64,000 bases of DNA. It comes from Candidatus Hodarchaeota archaeon (lineage in GTDB: Archaea > Asgardarchaeota > Heimdallarchaeia > Hodarchaeales > Hodarchaeaceae). The notes beneath the pieces are model-generated. The model saw nothing but the letters and a program-made list of their open reading frames with translations, searched no databases and had not been told where the DNA came from. Both the position numbers and the translations under genes were made by a program. The DNA is taken from positions 78,760 to 142,759 of the forward strand of contig JAEOTC010000038.1 in the NCBI GenBank assembly GCA_016840035.1, written 5' to 3'. Below are positions 9,963 to 18,951 of the stretch, one piece after another; position 1 is the first letter of the stretch, and every line of letters starts with the position of its first letter.

Positions 9963-10421
9963 TCACGCTGATTTTAAATATTTCAATTCAATCTCGGAAA
10001 TCTTATTTACTCTGGTCTCGTGTCTTCCACCACCGAAAGGAGTAGATAACCAAATCTTAACAATATTTTGCGCAATTCCTGGACCAATTACTCTCGCACC
10101 TAAAGTCAGGATGTTAGAATTATTGTGTTCACGAGCGGAATTCGCAGTAAATTCATCCGTGCAAGGAGTTGCTCGAATTCCTTTAATTTTATTTGCTACA
10201 ATTGCGCTAGCTACGCCTGTACCATCGATGAGAATCCCAACGGATTCAACTGAGACTGCAACTGTTTGTGCTACTAATAATGCAATATCAGGATAATCCA
10301 CAGGATCTGTAGAATAACAACCATAGTCCGCAACTTCGTATCCTATTCCTTTCAGGAATTTTATCAGATCATTTTTGAGATGGAAACCACCATGATCCGA
10401 TCCAATTATTATTTTCTTCAT
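9963..10421 (-). CDS. rpiB: RpiB/LacAB-family sugar-phosphate isomerase
   Basis: GSDHGG, VDYPD, ANKIKGIRA, AREHNNSNIL, FGGGRH..RV. Confidence 0.93.
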   Translation of the reverse strand: MKKIIIGSDHGGFHLKNDLIKFLKGIGYEVADYGCYSTDPVDYPDIALLVAQTVAVSVESVGILIDGTGVASAIVANKIKGIRATPCTDEFTANSAREHNNSNILTLGARVIGPGIAQNIVKIWLSTPFGGGRHETRVNKISEIELKYLKSA

Positions 10422-10446
10422 TTGACTTCAACTTGTAATATAAAAC

Positions 10447-10998
10447 TCAAAGCAGAGTTTTTACTAGATCTGGATGAGGAGCAGGAATTACAGCAGTGGA
10501 TAATACTAATCCTTCTCCTTTTACACGATTAACCCCAGCATCTACAGCTGCTCGCACGGCACCCACTTCTCCTGTTAAAACAACAAACGCCTTTCCACCT
10601 ATTGCGCGACTCATCCGAATTTCGATTAACTGTACCTGCGCACTTTTAACAGCTTCGTCACCAACCATGATCGCTGTAGGAGCAGAATAAGTTTCTACTA
10701 CTCCTATCGCGCCTACTTTTTCAACTCCAGATGTACCCGCAATTGCTGGAAAAACCTCAGGATGTATATTGGGAATTACTGTGTAATTTACTAAGGTTTC
10801 ACCTGCTATTTCACTTCCAGCGATTAGAGAGCTTTGAACAGCTGCAACTGCTCCTTGAATAATGATTAAATATTTTCCAGGACATACTGGTGAGGCGAAT
10901 AATAGCTCGACTTCTGCTGTTTTCGCTATTGTATCGGCACTCAGTATACCTCGAGCAATTACATTTGTTTCTAGAACTCCTATAGCACGCATTTTCAT
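10447..10998 (-). CDS. pduT: BMC-T tandem-domain shell protein, PduT-like
   Basis: Two BMC domains; PVCPGKY retains the PduT Fe-S Cys position; GGKAFVVLTGEVGAV. Confidence 0.9.
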   Translation of the reverse strand: MKMRAIGVLETNVIARGILSADTIAKTAEVELLFASPVCPGKYLIIIQGAVAAVQSSLIAGSEIAGETLVNYTVIPNIHPEVFPAIAGTSGVEKVGAIGVVETYSAPTAIMVGDEAVKSAQVQLIEIRMSRAIGGKAFVVLTGEVGAVRAAVDAGVNRVKGEGLVLSTAVIPAPHPDLVKTLL

Positions 10999-11037
10999 TT
11001 TCCTCTAAGATTGTAAACAAAGATGAAAGTAGTGAGC

Positions 11038-11061
11038 ATTAGCTGCTCTCTTGCAGCTAAT
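11038..11061 (-). promoter_or_regulatory. Intra-operon hairpin after the major BMC-H gene
   Basis: Perfect 9-bp inverted repeat ATTAGCTGC-TCTCTT-GCAGCTAAT. Confidence 0.5.
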
Positions 11062-11068
11062 TGTTTAT

Positions 11069-11347
11069 TCAACCTTTCTTTGGGAGAATACTCTCAACTT
11101 CATCATGGGGTCGAGGAATTACATGAGCTGAGGTTAGTTCACCAACTTTTCGTGCAGCGACTGCACCAGCTTCAACAGAAGCTTTCACAGCACCAACGTC
11201 ACCTCTAACCATTACAGTAACAAAACCACCGCCAATAACTTCGCGTCCCATTAAATGAACGTTCGCTGCTTTCACCATAGCGTCAGCTGCTTCAATAGAT
11301 GCAACTAACCCTTTTGTTTCTATCAATCCAAGTGCTTCTTTAGCCAT
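11069..11347 (-). CDS. BMC-H hexamer shell protein (EutM/PduA-like)
   Basis: [10 protein letters not shown]...[11 protein letters not shown]...RGDVGAVKA...HVIPRPH; ATG at 11347 preceded by GGTGA. Confidence 0.97.
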   Translation of the reverse strand: MAKEALGLIETKGLVASIEAADAMVKAANVHLMGREVIGGGFVTVMVRGDVGAVKASVEAGAVAARKVGELTSAHVIPRPHDEVESILPKKG

Positions 11348-11371
11348 TTTTTTCACCAATTTTTTTGTCTT

Positions 11372-12697
11372 TTATTTTGTCTTTTCAATGACAATTTCTT
11401 GTCCAATTTTGCGAATAATTCCGCTAATACTAGCATGAATTACTGCACCTAGTGACCCATCTGGAATCTTTCCTATGAGTGCACCTTTTTCAACCGAATC
11501 TCCTACTTTTACCGTTGGAATTGCAGGATCTCCGATATGTTGTTTGAGAGGGATGGAAACTTTTCGAATCTGTAATTTTCGTTTTCGTATTGGACATTCA
11601 TGATTATAATTCAATAGATCCAATCGTGAAATTAATCTTTTTACAGGTAATTTTCGATATTCCCTCTCAGGATGAATCGATAATACTTTTCGATTATGAG
11701 TATTCTTTAAACCCTCTACCCTCAACTGTCCCTTTACTTCTGTCATCATTTTACATGGATCCAACCCCATAGGACATCCATAATATGTACAAGCTCCACA
11801 TTCCACACAAAGGAATGTTCCCGTCATATAATCGGGTCTTTCTGGAGCACCCCATGCTATTCCTCGCATAACTTTGTCAGGATGTAATTCATGGCCCAAT
11901 AAGAATCTAGGACAGACATCTGTACATAATTGACATCTTATGCATGCTGCTTTGGTAACAATTACTTTGGATGAGATCCGTTCAGTTTTCATTCTGATTA
12001 CAAAATGATTCTCTGGCAAAACAATTATTCCAGAAGTTAATTTGGTAATAGGTTTTTTAGGGGCAATTACTGTACCCATCATGGGTCCATTTATCAATAC
12101 TTGATAATCATCGATTGTAGCTCCCCCTGCAGCTTTTATTGCATCCTTTATTGAGGTACCAATTGGAAATTCCATCGTAGAGGGGTTTTTAACAGCGCCT
12201 GTTATGGTTACATAACGAGATACTATGGGATTTCCTTCAGCGGCCTCAGCTAGATTGATCAATGTATAGACATTATTTACTACGACTCCAATGTCAAGAG
12301 GGAGTCCACTTTCCGGAATTATTTTACCTAAAGCTTCATAAACAAGAACATGTTCATCTCCAGCAGGATAAACATCATCGAGAAGGAATATCTCGATTCT
12401 GGAATCAGCTTTGACCACTTGTTTAAGCTTCTTAATTGCAGTTTTATACTTCCTTTTTACAGCGATTATTCCTCGCTTCGCCCCAGTGGCTTTCATTCCT
12501 AGCTGTAATCCAGTTATTAATTTTCCTGGACAGGTTGTCATTAATTGCTGATCCACTCTTAATAATGGTTCACATTCAGCTGCATTAACTATAAACGTAT
12601 CTACTTTCGCAGAAAGCTTCACATGTGTAGGAAAACCAGCTCCACCAGCTCCAACTATTCCAGAATTTCGTGCCATGTCTGCTATTTCGGAGCTCAC
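11372..12697 (-). CDS. pduS: PduS/RnfC-like flavin and Fe-S oxidoreductase
   Basis: GIVGAGGAGFPTHVK, NAAECEP, YPAGDE, two CxxCxxCxxx(x)CP clusters, C-terminal PLKQHIG barrel. Confidence 0.92.
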   Translation of the reverse strand: MSSEIADMARNSGIVGAGGAGFPTHVKLSAKVDTFIVNAAECEPLLRVDQQLMTTCPGKLITGLQLGMKATGAKRGIIAVKRKYKTAIKKLKQVVKADSRIEIFLLDDVYPAGDEHVLVYEALGKIIPESGLPLDIGVVVNNVYTLINLAEAAEGNPIVSRYVTITGAVKNPSTMEFPIGTSIKDAIKAAGGATIDDYQVLINGPMMGTVIAPKKPITKLTSGIIVLPENHFVIRMKTERISSKVIVTKAACIRCQLCTDVCPRFLLGHELHPDKVMRGIAWGAPERPDYMTGTFLCVECGACTYYGCPMGLDPCKMMTEVKGQLRVEGLKNTHNRKVLSIHPEREYRKLPVKRLISRLDLLNYNHECPIRKRKLQIRKVSIPLKQHIGDPAIPTVKVGDSVEKGALIGKIPDGSLGAVIHASISGIIRKIGQEIVIEKTK

Positions 12698-12724
12698 TTA
12701 TATTTGCCTCGTTTTCTTTTGATT

Positions 12725-14152
12725 TCAAATGATTCTAAAAGCATCCACTAGAGTACAACGTCTTTGACGTGTAAAAGTTCTTGCTGAGGTAAGTCCTTCT
12801 CCCGTTGGTCCTGCAATTGTCATAGTAGTATAGCCTTCCCCTCCGAATCCAATCCCAGCAAAGGAGGGGGCATTTTTGACAAAAATTGTAGTTTCGATAT
12901 CTTTTGCCACAAGACTCATATTTCCAACTGAATCGCTCCACATCATTGCTGTGTGTTTGAATCCATGTTCAGCCTTCTTTGCTTTTTGCAAAGCTTCTTC
13001 TATTGATTTCACTCTAACTATTGGTAAGACTGGCATCAACATTTCAGATATTACGAAGGGATGTTCATCATCAGGCACCTCTGCAATTATCAACCGGATA
13101 TTGTCACTAACCTGCACTCCGATTCCCTCAAGAAGTATTTTGGCATCTTTTCCGATGAAGTCCCTGTTTACTATGGGAAATCTCCCTTTCTTTCCTTTGA
13201 AAACGAGATTAGTCAGTTGGACTATCTGATCTCCAACAATTTCATATGCACCATAATTCTTCATTTCTGCTTTTAATCGATCAGTGATGACATCAAATGC
13301 GAATACTTCTTTTTCTACAATACATACAATATTATTATCAAAACTTGCGCCTTCTACTATTCCTCGGGCTGCTTTTTGAATATTTGCAGTATCATCAACT
13401 ATTACAGGAGGATTTCCTGGTCCTGCACATATCGCTTTTTTTCCAGATTGCATTGCAGCTTTTACTACTGCACTTCCTCCTGTTACAACTAGACACCGAA
13501 TCTTTTTGTGTGTCATTAAAGTCTGGGCTGACTCAATCGTAGGGGATATGGTTGATGTAAGAACATTTTCTGGTCCCCCCGCTTCGAGAATTGCCCTATT
13601 CAATAATCTCACAGCTTCATTACTTGCTCTTTTAGCTGATGGATGAGGATTAAATACTACGCTATTTCCTGCCGTAACCATTGATATTCCATTGTTAATT
13701 ATCGTTGCTGTTGGGTTTGTTGAAGGAGTAATTGACCCAATTACGCCATAAGGAGCCATTTCAACAAGTGTTAATCCTTTATCACCCGTCCATGTATTTG
13801 GTACCAGATCTTCTAAGCCTGGAGTTTTTCGAGCACAGAGCAAATTCTTTGCTACTTTATCCTCTAATCTCCCTAGACCAGTTTCTTGGATTGCTAATTC
13901 AGCTAGATATCGTGCATGTTTAATAGCGGAGTCACGCATCGATTGTATGATTTCTTTTCTTCTCTCCAAAGATAAATCCATTAGTGCTACTTGACTCTTT
14001 TCCGCAGCCTCTATTGCCTGTTCAATGTCCTGGAATATTCCTCCACCTGCACTAGTGGGAATATTCTCCAATCCTGAATAGACTTGATAAGCTCTTATTT
14101 TCTGTACAACAGAATTGACGATTTTTGCAATTTGTTGTTCGTCATATGACAT
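12725..14152 (-). CDS. eutE: CoA-acylating aldehyde dehydrogenase (EutE/PduP family) with N-terminal encapsulation peptide
   Basis: PSTNPT, FNPHP, TGG, AGPGNPP, FDNNIVC (catalytic Cys), GPTGEGLTSARTFTRQRRC. Confidence 0.95.
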   Translation of the reverse strand: MSYDEQQIAKIVNSVVQKIRAYQVYSGLENIPTSAGGGIFQDIEQAIEAAEKSQVALMDLSLERRKEIIQSMRDSAIKHARYLAELAIQETGLGRLEDKVAKNLLCARKTPGLEDLVPNTWTGDKGLTLVEMAPYGVIGSITPSTNPTATIINNGISMVTAGNSVVFNPHPSAKRASNEAVRLLNRAILEAGGPENVLTSTISPTIESAQTLMTHKKIRCLVVTGGSAVVKAAMQSGKKAICAGPGNPPVIVDDTANIQKAARGIVEGASFDNNIVCIVEKEVFAFDVITDRLKAEMKNYGAYEIVGDQIVQLTNLVFKGKKGRFPIVNRDFIGKDAKILLEGIGVQVSDNIRLIIAEVPDDEHPFVISEMLMPVLPIVRVKSIEEALQKAKKAEHGFKHTAMMWSDSVGNMSLVAKDIETTIFVKNAPSFAGIGFGGEGYTTMTIAGPTGEGLTSARTFTRQRRCTLVDAFRII

Positions 14153-14199
14153 TTATCTACCTTCGTTTCGTTTTTTATTTTCTTACATAAAGGGAAATC

Positions 14200-14490
14200 T
14201 TATTTTCGATAAGTTTCTTTTCCATTTATTTGGATAAAATCTATGATAGCTTGGATCGTTGCATCTGTGGGTTTATCCTTGGTCATTGCAGTTAAACGAG
14301 ATGAACTTCCAGTAACAACTAGTACTAATTCGTTCTCTCCCGCACCAACTGCATCAATTGCCACGAAAGGAGAACTCTCTGGTTTTAAATCAGTCATATC
14401 CACTGGTTGTACTATCATTAATTTAAAGCCTTTAATACTGGCATCCTTCTCGGTACTTACTACATTTCCTATTACTTTACACACTTTCAT
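14200..14490 (-). CDS. eutN: BMC-P vertex shell protein, EutN/CcmL family
   Basis: KVIGNVVSTEK...VAIDAVGAG..E.VLVVTGSSSR...DATI.AIID. Confidence 0.95.
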   Translation of the reverse strand: MKVCKVIGNVVSTEKDASIKGFKLMIVQPVDMTDLKPESSPFVAIDAVGAGENELVLVVTGSSSRLTAMTKDKPTDATIQAIIDFIQINGKETYRK

Positions 14491-14501
14491 GTAAATATCT
14501 C

Positions 14502-15221
14502 CTAAATCTTAATTATCTTTATATCAAGCATTTTAGCTTTTTCTTGTGCTAAGGGGGTAATAATAGTTGAATGGGGTACAAATATTTCGTGAATTTTACC
14601 TTTTAATCCCTCTAAATAATCCTCGGTAATTAAATCTGGTATAGCTGGAGTATGTTTGACAAATTGATCTTCTAAGTCCTCTATGTCAACAAGTCTGAAT
14701 CCCATTTCGATTAAAGTAGATAAATATCGACTCAGATTATTAGTTAACATACCCGATGGGCCATAGTCAAATGTTAAATCTGTGGGAGGAAAAGGTGTTA
14801 CAATATAAACAGGAATTTTAAATAACAACCCTTGAAGTAATAAATTAACAGTTGAATTGGAATCTTCAAATTTTGTTATTTTTTTTGCTATTTCAAAACT
14901 AAAGGCACCAAACATAATTGATTTAAGATTACTGTAAAAATTTAGGCAAAAATCTCCAAAAGGATTAACTAAAACGTCCATTGTGGGAATTGAACCTGCT
15001 TTTGTGGTTATTTTCTTAGCCTGGTCAATTTCATCCTTTGTCCAGATCAGGACTTGCATTTTTTGTTCGGCTAATCTAATTAGGGATTGTAATAATTCAT
15101 CCAATCCTTGTCCCATATGGGTTAAGACACCTAGGACATCGTAAGGACCTAGGTTATGCTCATTCTTGAGAACACTCTTAACTTGCTGTGTAACGAGTAA
15201 TTCGAGCTCTTTCTCATTCAT
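14502..15221 (-). CDS. BMC-associated flavoprotein-like protein with putative encapsulation peptide
   Basis: N-terminal amphipathic helix (ELELLVTQQVKSVL), degenerate flavoprotein-like core, C-terminal LITE...IITPLAQEKA..L.I.I motif seen in BMC ancillary proteins. Confidence 0.6.
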   Translation of the reverse strand: MNEKELELLVTQQVKSVLKNEHNLGPYDVLGVLTHMGQGLDELLQSLIRLAEQKMQVLIWTKDEIDQAKKITTKAGSIPTMDVLVNPFGDFCLNFYSNLKSIMFGAFSFEIAKKITKFEDSNSTVNLLLQGLLFKIPVYIVTPFPPTDLTFDYGPSGMLTNNLSRYLSTLIEMGFRLVDIEDLEDQFVKHTPAIPDLITEDYLEGLKGKIHEIFVPHSTIITPLAQEKAKMLDIKIIKI

Positions 15222-15236
15222 GATGCTTCACTCTTG

Positions 15237-15548
15237 TTAATCTCTTCCAGGATCCTCTTCTACGCTTGAAGTTCGACTTCTGACTTTCTCAATAAGATCA
15301 ACCGTCACCTGATCAGGTCTTGGAATTACATTAGTTAATAAACCACAGGAGATCTGACGTAGTTGGACTTTTGCTGCTTCAATTGCTTCACGGACAGCAG
15401 CGACCTCTCCCTCAATTATCACAATAACCAATCCCCCTGAAACACGTTTTAAGGAAATAAGGCTCACATCTGCGGTTTTCATGGCCGTATCTGTTGCCAC
15501 AATGGCTCCTATCCGACCGCATGTCTCCATAAATCCTAAAGCTTTCAT
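15237..15548 (-). CDS. BMC-H hexamer shell protein (divergent)
   Basis: KALGFMET.G...ATD.AMKTADV...GEVAAV...NVIPRP; ATG at 15548 after AGGTGA. Confidence 0.92.
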   Translation of the reverse strand: MKALGFMETCGRIGAIVATDTAMKTADVSLISLKRVSGGLVIVIIEGEVAAVREAIEAAKVQLRQISCGLLTNVIPRPDQVTVDLIEKVRSRTSSVEEDPGRD

Positions 15549-15553
15549 TAAAA

Positions 15554-17410
15554 TCACCTGAACGGAGAATAAGATCCTTCTTTTAAATCCAAAATCAGAC
15601 TCCCCATTTCTCCCGTATTCAGTGCAAGAGCATTACCCTCGTCAAGGTCTAAATGGAGCTCCAAATTATAATCCGGGTGAATTCTAACCATGATCTCGTC
15701 TAGGATTCCAGCTCGGGTTCCAGGAAATTGAACAGCAACTATCTGTCGATCTGACACATTTAACCTTTGCGCATCTTTTGGTGACATGTGGATGTGTCGC
15801 GCTGCGAAAATGACTCCCTTATCCAAAGTGATAGCTCCCTTTGGACCAATTATGTGTACTCCTGGAGTATCTCTTAAATCTCCTGATTGACGTGTTGGTG
15901 GATTAATACCTAATACATAACCGTCACTCCGAGATATTTCAACTTGAGTTTCGTCTCTGAAGGGGCCAAGAATACGAACTCCATAGATGGCTCTTTTGGG
16001 GCCGATTAGATCAACAACTTCTTTGCATGCATACTGTTTTGGTTGAGTTAAGGAATTAAGGGGAGTTAAAACTGCTTTTTCTCCAAATAATTTGTGAAAA
16101 TCGGCTTTTGAAAGGTGGATGTGACGTGCAGATAAGGATACTGGAATTAAATGATCATCGAATACTTTAGTCAGCTCATCGGTGACTAATCTCTTCACTA
16201 GTTCTCCAGCTGCTGACTGTGTACTTCGTTGTGAAATGGGTTGATATTCACAACCTAATGGACCGCAATATCTTCCTACATATTCAGCAGAGGGTCTATA
16301 AATCACTGGTTTGACGGTAGGAGTTTCGGGATACTTCTCTTCTAAAACATGAGCAGTCCAACCAGCGACTCTCGATGTAGTAAAAATCGGTGTAAAGAGT
16401 TCAACTGGGATATTTAAGCTTGTATATACCGTGGCACCATATAGATCCACATTAGGATATATTCCACGATTTTTTCGCTTCTTAAATTCTTTTTGAGTAA
16501 TCTCAACCAACTTATTGGTAGTTTCATACATCCATTGAGCTAATCCACCCTTCCTTCTCACAAGATCTGCAGCCATTTCCTTCAATATTTTGGCTCTCGG
16601 ATCTGTAGTTTTATATACGGCATGTCCCATCCCCATAATTCGTTTACCTTCATTAAATCGATTTTTGACCCATTCCTCAGCACTTGAGACTTTCTTAATC
16701 TCCATTAAGCTTTCATAAACTAAATGATTAGCTCCCCCATGATACATCCCTGATAAAGAACCAATGGCACCAGAAATAGATGCATATAGATCCGCTCCAG
16801 TAGATGCAATGACCCGAGCTGTGAATGTGGAAGCATTGAAAGAGTGTTCTGCATGTAGAATTAGTGTGACATCAAAGATCCTTGCTTCTTCATCAGTTGG
16901 GATACTCCCATGAAGCATGTAGAGGAAATTTGATGCATATTTTAGATTCTTATTTGGAGCGATTGGTTCTTTATTGCTACGAATTCTCTCCCATGCGGTC
17001 ACAATAATAGGAAGCCGAGCTATTATTCTAATTGCAATATTTCGATCGGATTCTCTTTTTCCAGTCCCGATCTCGTTGTTGTATCCTGCTAGTAAAGCTA
17101 ATGAAGATTGGAGTACACTCATAGAAGGGGTATTCTTTGAGGTTTTCTGTAAATGTGAGATTAATTGTGGTGGTAAATCCTGATTTGAAATTATTGCGTT
17201 CTTAAAACTCTCCAATTGATCAAAAGAGGGGAGGTTTCCGTACAGAAGTAAGTAAACTACCTCTTCGTAGGTTGAATTTCTTGCTAACTCATTAATGTCA
17301 TAACCTCGGATAAATAGATTGCCTTTTTCACCTTCTATAAGACAAATATTTGTATCCGCAACCTCAACACCGCGAAGTCCTGTTGATTTGTGGCTATGTT
17401 CTTCAATCAT
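15554..17410 (-). CDS. Citrate (or 2-methylcitrate) synthase fused to PduL phosphotransacylase
   Basis: N-terminal ~390 aa: GLRGV, HAEHSFNASTF, HGGAN, GMGHAVYK..DPR, PNVD. C-terminal ~190 aa: SARHIHL, RHIHM, LHLDLDEGNA. Single uninterrupted frame. Confidence 0.92.
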   Translation of the reverse strand: MIEEHSHKSTGLRGVEVADTNICLIEGEKGNLFIRGYDINELARNSTYEEVVYLLLYGNLPSFDQLESFKNAIISNQDLPPQLISHLQKTSKNTPSMSVLQSSLALLAGYNNEIGTGKRESDRNIAIRIIARLPIIVTAWERIRSNKEPIAPNKNLKYASNFLYMLHGSIPTDEEARIFDVTLILHAEHSFNASTFTARVIASTGADLYASISGAIGSLSGMYHGGANHLVYESLMEIKKVSSAEEWVKNRFNEGKRIMGMGHAVYKTTDPRAKILKEMAADLVRRKGGLAQWMYETTNKLVEITQKEFKKRKNRGIYPNVDLYGATVYTSLNIPVELFTPIFTTSRVAGWTAHVLEEKYPETPTVKPVIYRPSAEYVGRYCGPLGCEYQPISQRSTQSAAGELVKRLVTDELTKVFDDHLIPVSLSARHIHLSKADFHKLFGEKAVLTPLNSLTQPKQYACKEVVDLIGPKRAIYGVRILGPFRDETQVEISRSDGYVLGINPPTRQSGDLRDTPGVHIIGPKGAITLDKGVIFAARHIHMSPKDAQRLNVSDRQIVAVQFPGTRAGILDEIMVRIHPDYNLELHLDLDEGNALALNTGEMGSLILDLKEGSYSPFR

Positions 17411-17643
17411 TGGTAGGCCTTTTTATTTCAAGTAAGATTTCGGTATCAAAAGGTGAAACTTCCTTCCCTTAAAAATCGCTCTTTCAAACGTCTGACGATT
17501 CAAAATGGTAATTTCTTCCCAAACTTACTGAATGTTAATCTGGTTAATATGAGAGAGTTATTTTGTATTATAGATAACCAATAACACTATATAATAGATA
17601 GTAGCTTTTATTAGAAGACTATTCTCTTTGGAGGTTATTATCT

Positions 17644-18591
17644 GTGATGATTAGAGGCTTTTCAAAATATACTTCTTTTACTTGTTCGGATTGTCACATG
17701 AAATGCTGTGCGACCGAGTTCAATCTTCCAATAAGTGGGTTAGAAAAAGAATATCTTACCCAAAATTTTCCAGAATATCGACATTACTTACAATCTACAG
17801 AAAAAGGATCTTTTATACTCCGAGGAAACTCATGTCCTTTCTTGACAACCGCTGGATTGTGCCAACTGCATGCTAAATCAATAAAACCTCTTACATGTAG
17901 AATTTACCCCTTAATTTTCTGGCGATTCAACCAAAAAGATACTTTAGTTTCTATACATCCCTGTCGGGGACATGGATTTCAATGGTATTCTAGAAAGAAA
18001 TCATCTGTTGGTAATAGCTTTATCAATCAGCTATTATCTGCTAGTAAGGAGTATTATGACACTTATTGGGGGGAAGAAATCGATGCAAACAATCCTTATG
18101 AGGGAATTTCTCAAGCAAGAATTAAAGACCAACTCGAAGCTTATCGTCATACTTCAAAGGATAAATTGCTAGTAACCAACTTGAAAAACCCTGATTTATC
18201 CTCACGAATTCCATTTTCTCAGGCGTTTCAGGAGAAGGCTTTAGAGATCATCGATGGAGGGAGCATTGGAAATTTTTTAAATTCTGTTTTCAACTGGTTA
18301 ATTTGGAGTCCAGTAGGCTTGCACTTATCAATAAAAAATGCTCAAACGCTTTTTACTACCGCTGCATTATGGTTAATTGACCAAACTGAGGTAAATTCGA
18401 ACATACTTTCCTCTATTCCTCCTGAATCACAGTATTATGAGCAAACATCCTCGTTCTATGCGAGTTCCTTAACTCCTTCTTTCTGGGAAAATATCCTCGC
18501 TCAGAAAACCCTCCCCACTCTAAGTACCTTTGCAGAGAAAGTCCGCTTAATTCTCATGGGAGAACTTCCACAAGATGATTTACTTAAATGA
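17644..18591 (+). CDS. YkgJ-family cysteine-cluster protein
   Basis: CSDCHMKCC, CPFL, CQLH, KPLTCRIYP. Confidence 0.8.
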   Translation: MMIRGFSKYTSFTCSDCHMKCCATEFNLPISGLEKEYLTQNFPEYRHYLQSTEKGSFILRGNSCPFLTTAGLCQLHAKSIKPLTCRIYPLIFWRFNQKDTLVSIHPCRGHGFQWYSRKKSSVGNSFINQLLSASKEYYDTYWGEEIDANNPYEGISQARIKDQLEAYRHTSKDKLLVTNLKNPDLSSRIPFSQAFQEKALEIIDGGSIGNFLNSVFNWLIWSPVGLHLSIKNAQTLFTTAALWLIDQTEVNSNILSSIPPESQYYEQTSSFYASSLTPSFWENILAQKTLPTLSTFAEKVRLILMGELPQDDLLK

Positions 18592-18691
18592 AATCGTTCT
18601 TTTTGAAAAACGTGAACTTGTAGGTAAACTGTTAAGAAGGAATCAGAAAAGACTATAGAATGACGAAGAGTCGCTATACGAGTGATTTATT

Positions 18692-18874
18692 ATGGCAGGA
18701 AGTCACGGAAGCCTTACAAAAGCTGGGAAAGTTCGAAATCAAACTCCTAAAGTTGAAGGACGTAAAAGAAAAGGATTAACACCTATCTTACGCAACAAAA
18801 AGAATTATATTAAGAGAATTGTTAAAGAGATGCCGGTAGGTCAACCTGAATATCGTCAAGAACGTCGAAGGTAA
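18692..18874 (+). CDS. rps30e: 30S ribosomal protein S30e
   Basis: SHGSLTKAGKVRNQTPKV. Confidence 0.95.
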   Translation: MAGSHGSLTKAGKVRNQTPKVEGRKRKGLTPILRNKKNYIKRIVKEMPVGQPEYRQERRR

Positions 18875-18951
18875 ATTTACCGATTTTTACTTTTAAAATT
18901 AACCTTTGAATTAAATTTCTTTTTGCTTCTAAATATCTACTATTTTTTAAC

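Larger units (their letters stand above)
6471..17410 (-). other. Bacterial-microcompartment operon, sugar-phosphate-utilisation (SPU)-like metabolosome
   Basis: 13 co-directional, tightly spaced genes: all three shell classes plus DeoC, RpiB, AldDH, PduL, AckA, PduS-like. Confidence 0.95.

Noticed and set aside
6446-17643. BMC operon as a recent mobile island or prophage cargo
   Set aside because: No integrase, transposase, flanking tRNA or direct repeat seen, and base composition looks like the flanks by eye; a chimeric assembly still needs read-level exclusion
17411-17643. Operator palindromes upstream of the BMC operon
   Set aside because: Only short imperfect AT-rich inverted repeats, not distinguishable from chance
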